From an uncultured Clostridia bacterium (GTDB lineage Bacteria > Bacillota > Clostridia > Oscillospirales > Ruminococcaceae): DNA of 64,000 bases. A model generated the notes under the pieces. It saw only the letters and a program-made list of their open reading frames with translations. It ran no database searches and had not been told where the DNA came from. Position numbers and translations under genes: made by a program. Location of the stretch: the NCBI GenBank assembly GCA_947389015.1, contig CANDVA010000001.1, forward strand, positions 68,142 through 132,141, written 5' to 3'. This document shows, piece after piece, positions 50,433 through 58,642 of this stretch (the first letter of the stretch is position 1; every line of letters begins with the position of its first letter).

Positions 50433-51027
50433 TTATTTTGATAATATTATGCGCAACAAATTGTACCCATCAAACCCCGCATGCGTTTCTCCTTTGTATA
50501 TAATTTGCTGGTCATCGCTATAAAAGGCGTTGACTTCACCTATTTCCGTTACGCTGTCAGGAAGAGTAACAACACATTTACCACAGTCGTTAAACGCATA
50601 GTCTCCTATTGAAGTTACACCGTCCGGAATATCAATTTTTTTAAGAGAATAACAACCCGCAAAAACAGCGTTGTTGATCTTTGTAATATTTTTGGAGAGT
50701 GTTATGTTTTCCAGTGATGAACACTCTGCAAAAGCATTATTGCCTATTTTTGTTACACTGTCGGGAATAATTATTTCCGTGAGCCCGCTTAAACCTGAAA
50801 ATGCATACTCTCCTATTTCCGTTACGCCGTCGGGGATCGTTATTTCCGTAATTTCACTCATATTCTCAAAAGCAAACGTTCGAGCTGCTCTCGGTCTTGC
50901 TGCTTTCCGTGCTGCTCTTTGTGCTTGTGCTCGTATTGGGTGCACCGCTCTCGCTGTTCGGGCTTCACGCGCTTAGCGACAGAGCTGCTGCCGCGCAAAC
51001 GATCATTACCGTAGTTTTCTTTTTCAT
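50433..51027 (-). pseudogene. Disrupted BspA-type LRR lipoprotein gene (stop at the lipobox Cys position plus a frameshift)
   Basis: The signal peptide MKKKTTVMIVCAAAALSLSA is followed by TGA exactly where a lipobox Cys (TGC/TGT) is expected. The same frame continues with a Ser/Thr linker to a stop at 50866-50868, and the LRR repeats (ITIPDGVTEIGEYAF...) are in the +1 frame. Confidence 0.6.
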
Positions 51028-51175
51028 ATCATATATTCCTTTCTTTTGGGGAAAATACCCGCAAATGCTATAATATATTATAATTCATATATGACTTAAA
51101 GCCAAGCCTTATTTTTTAACAATGTTATAATTTGTTTAGAATATCAATAATGGCTACGTTTGAGGGGGGATTTTT

Positions 51176-51403
51176 GTGAAAATTTATTACGAACGATTAA
51201 AAGATCTACGTGAGGACAAAGATCTCACTCAGTTTCAGGCGGGACAGATTATCGGTACGTCACAGCAGCATTACGGAAAATATGAGAGCGGTAAGATCGT
51301 TATTCCGTTTGACAAAGTGATAATGCTCGCTGAGTATTACGATGTAAGTCTTGATTATATCGCGGGCCGCACAAACATTCCCCGCGTTTTTAAACAGGAA
51401 TGA
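51176..51403 (+). CDS. XRE-family helix-turn-helix transcriptional regulator (75 aa)
   Basis: HTH LTQFQAGQIIGTSQQHYGKYESG, a GTG start after GAGGGGGG, and the C-terminal YYDVSLDYIAGRT typical of phage-type Cro/CI-like proteins. Confidence 0.75.
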   Translation: MKIYYERLKDLREDKDLTQFQAGQIIGTSQQHYGKYESGKIVIPFDKVIMLAEYYDVSLDYIAGRTNIPRVFKQE

Positions 51404-51539
51404 TCTCAAGCCGCCCGATCGTTTGGACGGCTGATCTTATGCATATTTTTCGCTTGTGGGTCGCATTAACGTATACCCGTTATTACCAATACCGATAATA
51501 AAACGCAAAATCCATTGACAACTCACGGTTGCGGAATTT

Positions 51540-51553
51540 CCAATTTAAATTGG
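51540..51553. promoter_or_regulatory. Perfect 14-bp palindrome CCAATTTAAATTGG, candidate operator
   Basis: It lies ~24 nt upstream of a TATAAT box (51577-51582) in front of the XRE-VOC gene. Confidence 0.35.
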
Positions 51554-51642
51554 TAGATTTTTATCTTAAGATTTTGTATAATGGTAATATCAAAGCTAAA
51601 TGCTGATAAGACAAATAGGCTTTGAGGAAAGGAAACGGGAAG

Positions 51643-52497
51643 ATGACAATAGGCGATCAGATACAATATCTCCGCATTAAGCATGGATTTACGCAGGAAC
51701 GGCTTGCGGAAATGCTGGAGGTGTCAAGGCAGTCGGTATCAAAGTGGGAATTAGGCCAGGCTATGCCGGACGTTGAAAAAATAATCCGCATGAGCGAGTT
51801 GTTCGAGGTTTCCACCGACACTATATTGATGAAAAACCCGATAGAGAAAAACGTCAATGAAAATCCACTGCATTTGGGCAGCGTTTACTTGGTGGTAAAG
51901 GATTTTGAACGATCGGTGGCGTTTTACGAAAAGTTTTTCGGCATTGAGGCAGACGGGCGTTGTCGGAGCGGAAACATGTTTGTGAATTTTTACATCGACG
52001 GCAAGTGTATTTCCTTAATGAACGAAAATAACCTTATAGGACACTGCACCGATCTGAACAGTCCCTACAAATTTGTACAAAATTATTGGGTTGAAGATTT
52101 GGCGTTGGAGCACAAAAGGGTCAAAGAGCTTAACATAGGAAATGTTACTGAAATACGCCAAGCTAATCCCGCTTATTACTATTTTCATCTGACCGATCCC
52201 GATAACAATATTATTGAGATCACGGGAGGTTACCACATGAACGAAAAAATCTGCCAAAGTTGCGGCATGCCTATCGAGGACAAAAAACTTAGGGGCACCG
52301 AAAAGGACGGCTCGCAAAGTACGGATTACTGCTGCTACTGCTACAAAAACGGAGCATTCAGCAAAAATGAGACTATGGAGGAAATGATCGAAAGCTGTAT
52401 TCCTTTTATGCTGGAGGACGGGAGCTGTAAAAGCGAGGAAGAGGCAAGGAGCGCGCTTTTAAAGGTGATACCTAACCTTAAGAGGTGGAAGTCATAA
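51643..52497 (+). CDS. XRE HTH + glyoxalase/VOC-like domain + C-terminal zinc-ribbon fusion protein
   Basis: HTH FTQERLAEMLEVSRQSVSKWELG. The middle region (LHLGSVYLVVKDFERSVAFYEKFFG...HLTDPDNNIIEI) is VOC-like, and the C-terminus carries CQSCG...CCYCYKNGAF. Confidence 0.75.
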   Translation: MTIGDQIQYLRIKHGFTQERLAEMLEVSRQSVSKWELGQAMPDVEKIIRMSELFEVSTDTILMKNPIEKNVNENPLHLGSVYLVVKDFERSVAFYEKFFGIEADGRCRSGNMFVNFYIDGKCISLMNENNLIGHCTDLNSPYKFVQNYWVEDLALEHKRVKELNIGNVTEIRQANPAYYYFHLTDPDNNIIEITGGYHMNEKICQSCGMPIEDKKLRGTEKDGSQSTDYCCYCYKNGAFSKNETMEEMIESCIPFMLEDGSCKSEEEARSALLKVIPNLKRWKS

Positions 52498-52566
52498 AAA
52501 AACAGTCCCGAATTATGGGAAAACTTTGATTATACGCCGTCTTTTTGAATTTATTTATAAATTCTA

Positions 52567-52595
52567 TTGACAAGATCGGAAAAAAGTAGTAAAAT
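52567..52595 (+). promoter_or_regulatory. Promoter TTGACA-17-TAAAAT driving the TPP riboswitch and thiD
   Basis: TTGACA at 52567-52572 and TAAAAT at 52590-52595. Confidence 0.55.
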
Positions 52596-52597
52596 AA

Positions 52598-52722
52598 TAA
52601 ATGCTGGGGGTACTCTTCGGAGTTGAGAGGACAAGCGTCCAACCCTTTGAACCTGTCGGTCAATACCGTCGTAGGGAAGCGGAAAAGATTTTTTCGCCCC
52701 CGAAAAGGGGCGTTTTTGTTTG
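52598..52722 (+). promoter_or_regulatory. TPP (THI-box) riboswitch with intrinsic terminator expression platform
   Basis: CUGGGGGUACUCUUCGGAGUUGAGAGG...AACCCUUUGAACCUGUCGGUCAAUACCGUCGUAGGGAAGC matches the THI-box core. It is followed by the terminator CGCCCC-CGAAAA-GGGGCG-UUUUUGUUU at 52695-52720. Confidence 0.9.
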
Positions 52723-52732
52723 GAGGATTACT

Positions 52733-53524
52733 ATGAACGTCAAAAAGTGCCTTACAATAGCGGGATCGGACTGCTCGGGGGGAGCGGGCATACAAGCCGA
52801 TCTGAAAACCTTTTCGGCGCACGGAGTGTACGGCGCAAGCGTTATCACGTCGGTGGTCGCGGAGAATACCTCGCGCGTTATCTCGGTATTCAACGTTCCG
52901 GTAAGCGAGATCGAATTGCAGATCGACGCGGTATTCGAGGACGTGGAGATCGACGCGGTGAAGCTCGGTATGCTGCCCACCGCGGAGATAATCGTGGCGG
53001 TAGCCGAGAAACTGGCGCGGTACAAGCCCGCGCATATAGTATGCGATCCCGTTATGGTCGCCACGAGCGGCGACGCTCTATCCGAAAGCGGTATTGACAA
53101 GGCGTTCACGGAGCATATCTTTCCGATAGCGGACATTATTACGCCGAATATCCCCGAGGCGGAAGCGCTGAGCGGTACAGAGATACGCAGCCTCGACGAT
53201 ATGATCAAGGCGGCGAGGATAATCACCGGCAACGGCGCTCGAAATGTTCTTATAAAGGGCGGTCACCTGCTCGGCGACGCGGAGGATATTCTGTTTGACG
53301 GCAAAAACGAGAGCATATTCGCGTCGAAACGCGTGGACTCGCCGAATACCCACGGCACGGGCTGCACGCTTTCAAGCGCGATAGCGGCAAACCTTTCTCT
53401 CGGAAACGATATGCCCACAGCCGTTCGCCTTGCCAAGAATTACGTTACCGAAGCCATCGAAAAGTCATATACCGTCGGCAAGGGACACAGCCCCGTGCAC
53501 CATTTTTACAAGCTGTGGTCATAA
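52733..53524 (+). CDS. thiD: Hydroxymethylpyrimidine/phosphomethylpyrimidine kinase
   Basis: LTIAGSDCSGGAGIQADLKTF N-terminus and C-terminal GTGCTLSSAIAA. ATG at 52733 follows GGAGGA. Confidence 0.93.
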   Translation: MNVKKCLTIAGSDCSGGAGIQADLKTFSAHGVYGASVITSVVAENTSRVISVFNVPVSEIELQIDAVFEDVEIDAVKLGMLPTAEIIVAVAEKLARYKPAHIVCDPVMVATSGDALSESGIDKAFTEHIFPIADIITPNIPEAEALSGTEIRSLDDMIKAARIITGNGARNVLIKGGHLLGDAEDILFDGKNESIFASKRVDSPNTHGTGCTLSSAIAANLSLGNDMPTAVRLAKNYVTEAIEKSYTVGKGHSPVHHFYKLWS

Positions 53525-53733
53525 AGCTGAGTACGGATTACTCCGACGAGGAATGGGCTTTTATATACGAACACGGGTGCGAGGTCTTGTCCGAGATCAA
53601 GCTGCCGAATTGGTTCAACTGCGCCGCGCCGCTAAGAATGTTCGTTTACGGCGGCTGCTATGTCGGAGAGATCGATGACGAGGACAAACTTGTTTGGGCG
53701 GTGCTCAGCGAGTTCCGGGGGCGATTTCAGTAG
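53515..53733 (+). CDS. Hypothetical small protein (72 aa)
   Basis: GTG-initiated ORF overlapping the thiD stop by 10 nt, with no recognisable motif. Its coding status is uncertain. Confidence 0.35.
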   Translation: MVIKLSTDYSDEEWAFIYEHGCEVLSEIKLPNWFNCAAPLRMFVYGGCYVGEIDDEDKLVWAVLSEFRGRFQ

Positions 53734-53767
53734 GGAGAGTGCTACGGCGATCTGAAAGCGCTGGAGG

Positions 53768-54238
53768 ATGGGCTTTAATATGGGCAAGCTAGTGAAAGGT
53801 TATAAATTGGGGTTTGAGTCTTGGGGGCTTGCGCTGTTTCTTGGGATAATGCTGCCGAATTTTATCTGGTTTGCCGTTCCCGCGCCTAATGATATACTTC
53901 GCGGCGAATCCGTTACCGAGGTCGCGGATATTATCGGGTCGGTGTTTCAGGCTGTGATGATCGCGGCGCTTTGTCTGCTTAAAAGGAACGACTGCCCGAA
54001 ATTGCGGTTCTCGCCGCTTATTGTCGGGGTTATTGCGTGCTGTATCGCGTATTGGTCGGGGTGGATATTATACTATAATGGTATCGCTAACGCCGTTATC
54101 GTGCTTATTCTTACCGTGCCGCCCTGTGCCGCATTTCTGCTGTTTGCGCTCGACAGGAAAAATTATATCGCGGCGGTTCCCGTGTGCGGATTTACCGTGT
54201 GTCATCTGATATACGCGTTCGCGAATTTTATTATTTAA
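53768..54238 (+). CDS. Hypothetical membrane protein (5 TM), paralogue of 58137-58628
   Basis: It shares the motifs GW.LY..G, PP, L.RKN and H.I with the ORF at 58137. The start is 53768 or 53780. Confidence 0.6.
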   Translation: MGFNMGKLVKGYKLGFESWGLALFLGIMLPNFIWFAVPAPNDILRGESVTEVADIIGSVFQAVMIAALCLLKRNDCPKLRFSPLIVGVIACCIAYWSGWILYYNGIANAVIVLILTVPPCAAFLLFALDRKNYIAAVPVCGFTVCHLIYAFANFII

Positions 54239-54250
54239 AGGTGAGTACAT

Positions 54251-54727
54251 ATGCTGATAAGAGAAATGACCACCGAGGAATATCCGCTGCTGGAGGATTT
54301 TCTGTACGAGGCGATATTTATCCCCGAGGGAGCGGAAAAGCCTCCGCGTGATATTATCCTCAGCGAGGACTTGCAGGTCTATATACGAGATTTCGGCAGG
54401 GAAAAGGACGATAAATGTCTGGTCGCCGACTGCGGCGGGAAGGTCGTCGGCGCCTGTTGGGTGAGGATAATGAACGACTACGGACATATTGACGACGAGA
54501 CCCCGTCTTTTGCGATATCGCTTTATGAGGAGTACCGCAGTCATGGGACGGGCACGGAGCTTATGCGCCGCATGCTGGAACGGCTTAAGGCTAACGGGTA
54601 CAAACGTGCGTCTCTCGCTGTTCAGAAAGAGAATTACGCGGTTAAGATGTACAAAAAAGTCGGGTTTGAGATCGTTGACGAAAATGAACAGGAATATATA
54701 ATGACAGTAGATCTGAAAGGAGTTTAA
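54251..54727 (+). CDS. GNAT family N-acetyltransferase
   Basis: Acetyl-CoA binding motif YRSHGTGTELMRRMLERLKANGYKRASLAV. Confidence 0.8.
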   Translation: MLIREMTTEEYPLLEDFLYEAIFIPEGAEKPPRDIILSEDLQVYIRDFGREKDDKCLVADCGGKVVGACWVRIMNDYGHIDDETPSFAISLYEEYRSHGTGTELMRRMLERLKANGYKRASLAVQKENYAVKMYKKVGFEIVDENEQEYIMTVDLKGV

Positions 54728-54728
54728 A

Positions 54729-54944
54729 ATGCCGTATATTACAGTTGAGAGCGGAAATCTCTCGGACGAGCAGAAGGAGTTGCTGATAAAGCGACTGACG
54801 GAGGTCTCTTCCGAAATTATGAACGTGCCGCGGGAATTTTTCGCGGTGACAATAAAGGAACTGCCCGATAAGAATTTTGGCATTGGCGGCAGGACTATTG
54901 ACGTTGTGAAAGCGGAATATATGCGGAGCATGGAGAGCAAATGA
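54729..54944 (+). CDS. Tautomerase (4-oxalocrotonate tautomerase) family protein
   Basis: 71 aa with N-terminal MPYITV (catalytic Pro1) and a beta-alpha-beta pattern. Confidence 0.7.
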   Translation: MPYITVESGNLSDEQKELLIKRLTEVSSEIMNVPREFFAVTIKELPDKNFGIGGRTIDVVKAEYMRSMESK

Positions 54945-55717
54945 AGCAGTACATAGTTGACGCGTTTACCGACAAGCTTTTCAAGGGCAATCCCGCAGCG
55001 GTCTGCGTTATGGACGAATGGATAAGCGACGGTCTTATGCGAAACATTGCCGCGGAAAACAACCTCTCCGAAACGGCGTTCGCAGTGAAAGAGGGAGATA
55101 GATATCGACTGAGGTGGTTCACGCCTAAGGACGAGATCAATTTCTGCGGTCACGCTACTCTCGCGGCTTCGTTCGTTATCGCAAATTTTATCGAGCCATG
55201 CTTCAAAACGATAAGGTATAACACGCTTTCTGGAGATCTGAGCGTGGAGATCAAGGACGGCTTGTTTGTTATGGATTTCCCGCGTTATCGGCTTGGCTCC
55301 GTTGAGGTAACGGACGCCATGGAAAAAGTGCTCGGAACAAGACCCACCGCTGCTTTTCTGGACAGAGACCTGCTTATGGTGCTTAGCTCCGAGGAAGAGA
55401 TCTTCGGGCTGAAGCCCGACTTCTCGGCAATGAGGGATCTGGACGGTCTGTGCATTGCCGTGACCGCAAAAGGCACGGGATACGACTGCGTTTCGAGAGT
55501 GTTCGCGCCCGAGCTTAACATTCCTGAGGATCCCGTGACGGGTTCAACACACTGTATGATAGCGCCGTACTGGGCGGAGCGATTGGGGAAAAGCACGATC
55601 ACCGCGTTTCAGGCTTCGGAGCGAACCGGAGTGCTGTATGCGGAGGTTCGCGGCGAGCGAGTGAAGATATCGGGGAGCGCAATTCTGTTTGGCGTTTCCG
55701 AAATTCTCGGAAATTAG
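54941..55717 (+). CDS. PhzF-family isomerase
   Basis: VDAFTDKLFKGNPAAV start, NLSETAF, and TGSTHC in the second half; 258 aa. Confidence 0.85.
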   Translation: MKQYIVDAFTDKLFKGNPAAVCVMDEWISDGLMRNIAAENNLSETAFAVKEGDRYRLRWFTPKDEINFCGHATLAASFVIANFIEPCFKTIRYNTLSGDLSVEIKDGLFVMDFPRYRLGSVEVTDAMEKVLGTRPTAAFLDRDLLMVLSSEEEIFGLKPDFSAMRDLDGLCIAVTAKGTGYDCVSRVFAPELNIPEDPVTGSTHCMIAPYWAERLGKSTITAFQASERTGVLYAEVRGERVKISGSAILFGVSEILGN

Positions 55718-55740
55718 TATTATAACGGTGGAAATCAAAA

Positions 55741-56277
55741 ATGGCAAAATCGGCAATAGTACCGACACAGAAGGAAATGCGGGAGTATCTGCAATCGTGG
55801 AAAGCCGACTCCAAAAAACGCATAAACGATACGGATCACGCCGCTATGCACAAGGAAATGACGCTGCGTATTTTCGCGGTGGATATGACCGACGACGTTA
55901 AGCTCACGGCATGGAAATTCTGCAAAGAGCTGACAAAATACGCTCACGCGCCCGTATCGCCCGCCGAGTACAAGAGAGTAGAGAAGTGGCTGGGCGAGAA
56001 CGGACTTATTGACGTGCTGCTCAAGGCTTGCGACGGTTATTATCCGAATCCCGCGTTCAAGTACGATTTCGATACTATCGGATTTTCCTATTCAATAGCG
56101 CTGATCTCGCAGTCGCAGTACAGACGGCAGGATTGTCTTGCGCTGTTGGACAAGATCACTCAATATTACGTCAGAACAAAGGACGACTGGTATACTGTTT
56201 TGCTGCGGAATATGACTAAGCTCTGCAAGGATTTCCCCGATCTCGCGCCGTTCAAGACCACATTGGAAAGTATATGA
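55741..56277 (+). CDS. Hypothetical protein (178 aa)
   Basis: Clean ORF in an operon context with no recognisable motif. Confidence 0.5.
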   Translation: MAKSAIVPTQKEMREYLQSWKADSKKRINDTDHAAMHKEMTLRIFAVDMTDDVKLTAWKFCKELTKYAHAPVSPAEYKRVEKWLGENGLIDVLLKACDGYYPNPAFKYDFDTIGFSYSIALISQSQYRRQDCLALLDKITQYYVRTKDDWYTVLLRNMTKLCKDFPDLAPFKTTLESI

Positions 56278-56771
56278 CGTTTAAGGCAAAGCTCTTCGGC
56301 GAGCTTTCCGCCGCTGAGATTTACGAGATACTGAAAGCGCGATCAAGGGTATTTCAGTTGGAACAGGATATCCGTTACCTCGACGAGGACGGTACCGATT
56401 ACGACAGTTTGCACTGCTTTTTTGAGGAGAATGGACAAGTCGCGGCTTATCTGCGCGCGTTCCCCGACAACGGGAAAATTCGTATCGGCAGAGTTCTCAC
56501 GATAACGCGCGGACGGGGTCACGGCAGACTGCTCATGGCACGGGGCGTTGAGGCGGCGCGCGCGAGGTTCGGCACTTGCGCAATTATAATGGACGCGCAG
56601 AAACACGCCGAGGAGTTCTACAAAAATCTCGGCTTTGTCACGACCTCGGGGGAATTTTTTGAGGAGGGTATCGTTCATGTTAAAATGGAGCTTTCTTCGG
56701 AGAAAAATGTCAAAATGAAAGGGTTACGGAATGGAGTACAAAATAATGAATTGCGTCGAGGGCGACGTTGA
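56274..56771 (+). CDS. GNAT family N-acetyltransferase (ElaA-like)
   Basis: ELSAAEIYEILKARSRVFQLEQ start typical of ElaA, and an RGRGHGRLLM CoA motif. Confidence 0.75.
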   Translation: MTFKAKLFGELSAAEIYEILKARSRVFQLEQDIRYLDEDGTDYDSLHCFFEENGQVAAYLRAFPDNGKIRIGRVLTITRGRGHGRLLMARGVEAARARFGTCAIIMDAQKHAEEFYKNLGFVTTSGEFFEEGIVHVKMELSSEKNVKMKGLRNGVQNNELRRGRR

Positions 56772-57153
56772 TCTGATATACTCCGGGCTTACCAAGAGCA
56801 ATTCGCGGAAAGTTCCCGAGCTGCTAAACGGGAGGTATTTCGAGATAAATAAAAAAATTATCGGCGAAAACGGCGCAATCATTGCGGGCTGCATTGCCGA
56901 GGTCAATCAATGGAACGCTTTGTATATTGACGCGCTGTGGGTGAGCGAGGAGTATCAAAAGCGCGGTCTCGGTTCAAGTCTGCTGAAAGAGGTTGAGGCG
57001 GTCGCCGCGGAAAACGGCTGTACGATTTGCCACCTCAGTACGTTTGATTTTCAGGCTAAGGATTTTTATATCAAGCACGGGTATGAGGAATTCGGCATAT
57101 TGGAAAATAGCCCCGAAGGGCATTGCAGATATTATCTGAAAAAGAAAATTTAA
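56731..57153 (+). CDS. GNAT family N-acetyltransferase
   Basis: LWVSEEYQKRGLGSSLLKEVEAVAAENGC motif. The start is uncertain and overlaps the previous ORF. Confidence 0.7.
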   Translation: MEYKIMNCVEGDVDLIYSGLTKSNSRKVPELLNGRYFEINKKIIGENGAIIAGCIAEVNQWNALYIDALWVSEEYQKRGLGSSLLKEVEAVAAENGCTICHLSTFDFQAKDFYIKHGYEEFGILENSPEGHCRYYLKKKI

Positions 57154-57170
57154 AAGGAAAAGTAATTGCT

Positions 57171-57728
57171 GTGAACGAGAAAAAAATATTGCTGGTGAAT
57201 TGCAGTCCCGTAAGGAACGGTGCGACAGCCGAGATCGTAAAAGTGATCGCTTCGAGTTTAAGCGCCTCCGGCGATGTCAAAAGCATTTGTATCGACGATT
57301 ACGATATAAATTACTGTAAAGGCTGCCGCGTTTGTCATAAAACGGCGAAGTGCGTTCAAAGCGACGATACCGAGAAGCTTGTCGGCGAATTTGAACGGGC
57401 TGATATTATCGTCTGCGTTTCTCCGTCTTATTGGGCGGATATTCCGGGGCAGTTCAAGGCGTTTATCGACAGATGTACTCCATGGTGCAACACTCACGAG
57501 CCGCACGCCGTTATCGGCGGCGGGAAAAAGGGATACGCCGTCGCTCTGCGCACGGGTCCGGGTATGCGGGAATGTGAGAGGATAATCGAAAGTATAGAGC
57601 ATTTTTACGGACATCTCGAAATAAAGCCGAGCGGACATCTGGGACTTTGTTCTATCGAATATAAGGAAGCAGTCGCCGACAGGGTGAGAGAAATAGAGGA
57701 ATTTTGCGGTAAAATGCTTAATTCTTGA
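57171..57728 (+). CDS. Flavodoxin-like fold NAD(P)H-dependent FMN reductase / iron-sulfur flavoprotein family
   Basis: LLVNCSPVRNG start, a CKGCRVCHKTAKC cysteine cluster and SPSYWADIPGQFKAFIDR. GTG start at 57171. Confidence 0.7.
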   Translation: MNEKKILLVNCSPVRNGATAEIVKVIASSLSASGDVKSICIDDYDINYCKGCRVCHKTAKCVQSDDTEKLVGEFERADIIVCVSPSYWADIPGQFKAFIDRCTPWCNTHEPHAVIGGGKKGYAVALRTGPGMRECERIIESIEHFYGHLEIKPSGHLGLCSIEYKEAVADRVREIEEFCGKMLNS

Positions 57729-57746
57729 TCGGAAAGGAAAATCATT

Positions 57747-58121
57747 ATGAAAGACATCAAAAACTTTGACGCGCCGAAGTACGGCGGAGAGGGCTACTCT
57801 TCCGTTGAGGAGGGCATTTACAAGGCCGAGGACAACGGCGAAACCGTTTATGTTACCTCGCTGTCGTTCGTTCAGGAGCCCGAATTCGGCGAGGGCGCGA
57901 ACGCCGCGGAAATATCGCAGTATCCCTTAGAGGCGCTGCTTGCTGAATTCGGTTGTTGGATAAGCGATTTTTATGACGATCTCAATACGGAGAATTCAAC
58001 GATTTGCTATCAGGAATTTGCAAGCGGCACGCAAGAGGAAATAAAAAATCTGCGTTCAATCATAGGAAAGCACGTCTATGAGAAAACGGACGGGCAGTAT
58101 ATGAAGCTCTGCGTAGAATAA
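57747..58121 (+). CDS. Hypothetical acidic protein (124 aa)
   Basis: Clean ORF with an SD (GGAAAGGAAA) and no recognisable motif. Confidence 0.5.
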   Translation: MKDIKNFDAPKYGGEGYSSVEEGIYKAEDNGETVYVTSLSFVQEPEFGEGANAAEISQYPLEALLAEFGCWISDFYDDLNTENSTICYQEFASGTQEEIKNLRSIIGKHVYEKTDGQYMKLCVE

Positions 58122-58136
58122 CCAGAGGAGCAAATA

Positions 58137-58628
58137 ATGTTTAAATGGGTCAGGATTTTCGGCAGCCAATATCTGGGGTTCTGGGTATTGGGGCTGATAA
58201 TATTTGCGCTTCAGGAAATTCCTTATATGGTTATGCCTCTGTTTAAGCTTAGTGCAAATCCGATCATGGAGATGCGGGAATCGTCCGTTTTTCTTGATAT
58301 CTGCGAGAAAGTCTTAGGCTCATCATGTATCGCGTTAATGATGTTTGTCGTACATAATGACGCAAGTTTTTTCTCGGTAACCGCAGGAAAGGAACGATTG
58401 TTCTTCTGTATAGCCGCGGGAGTTTTATTGCTGAATTATTTCGGTTGGTTTTTGTATTTTACGGGACATCAAAGCGTTGCGGTGATGTTGATATTTATCG
58501 TGGCTCTTCCGCCGCTGCTCTATCTTTTTGTCGGATTGTGGCGAAAAAATACGGCGCTTGCGATCACGGCGGGTATATTCCTGATCGTGCATTTTATTCA
58601 CGTTTCGGGAAATTTGAAATTAACATAA
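58137..58628 (+). CDS. Hypothetical membrane protein (5 TM), paralogue of 53768-54238
   Basis: It has the same motif set as 53768-54238 ([19 protein letters not shown]) and ends 14 nt before thiC. Confidence 0.6.
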   Translation: MFKWVRIFGSQYLGFWVLGLIIFALQEIPYMVMPLFKLSANPIMEMRESSVFLDICEKVLGSSCIALMMFVVHNDASFFSVTAGKERLFFCIAAGVLLLNYFGWFLYFTGHQSVAVMLIFIVALPPLLYLFVGLWRKNTALAITAGIFLIVHFIHVSGNLKLT

Positions 58629-58642
58629 GGAAAGGAAAAATT

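Noticed and set aside
50965-50967. In-frame TGA after the signal peptide as selenocysteine or programmed read-through
   Set aside because: A second lesion, a frameshift about 100 nt downstream, is also needed to reach the LRR domain. The position corresponds to an ordinary lipobox Cys, and I saw no SECIS-like hairpin. A pseudogene or sequencing error is simpler.
51176-52497. XRE pair as a toxin-antitoxin module or prophage remnant
   Set aside because: No toxin-like partner, integrase, repressor/anti-repressor pair or phage structural gene is nearby. Only the composition and the Cro/CI-like fold hint at foreign origin.
58445-58642. N-terminal extensions suggested by the ORF track for thiC (58445), dnaE (14710), pgi (12546), GH27 (50269), thiD (52601) and bioY (2107)
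   Set aside because: The extensions overlap upstream genes, a terminator or a riboswitch. Internal ATG or GTG codons with proper SD spacing give N-termini matching the known families.
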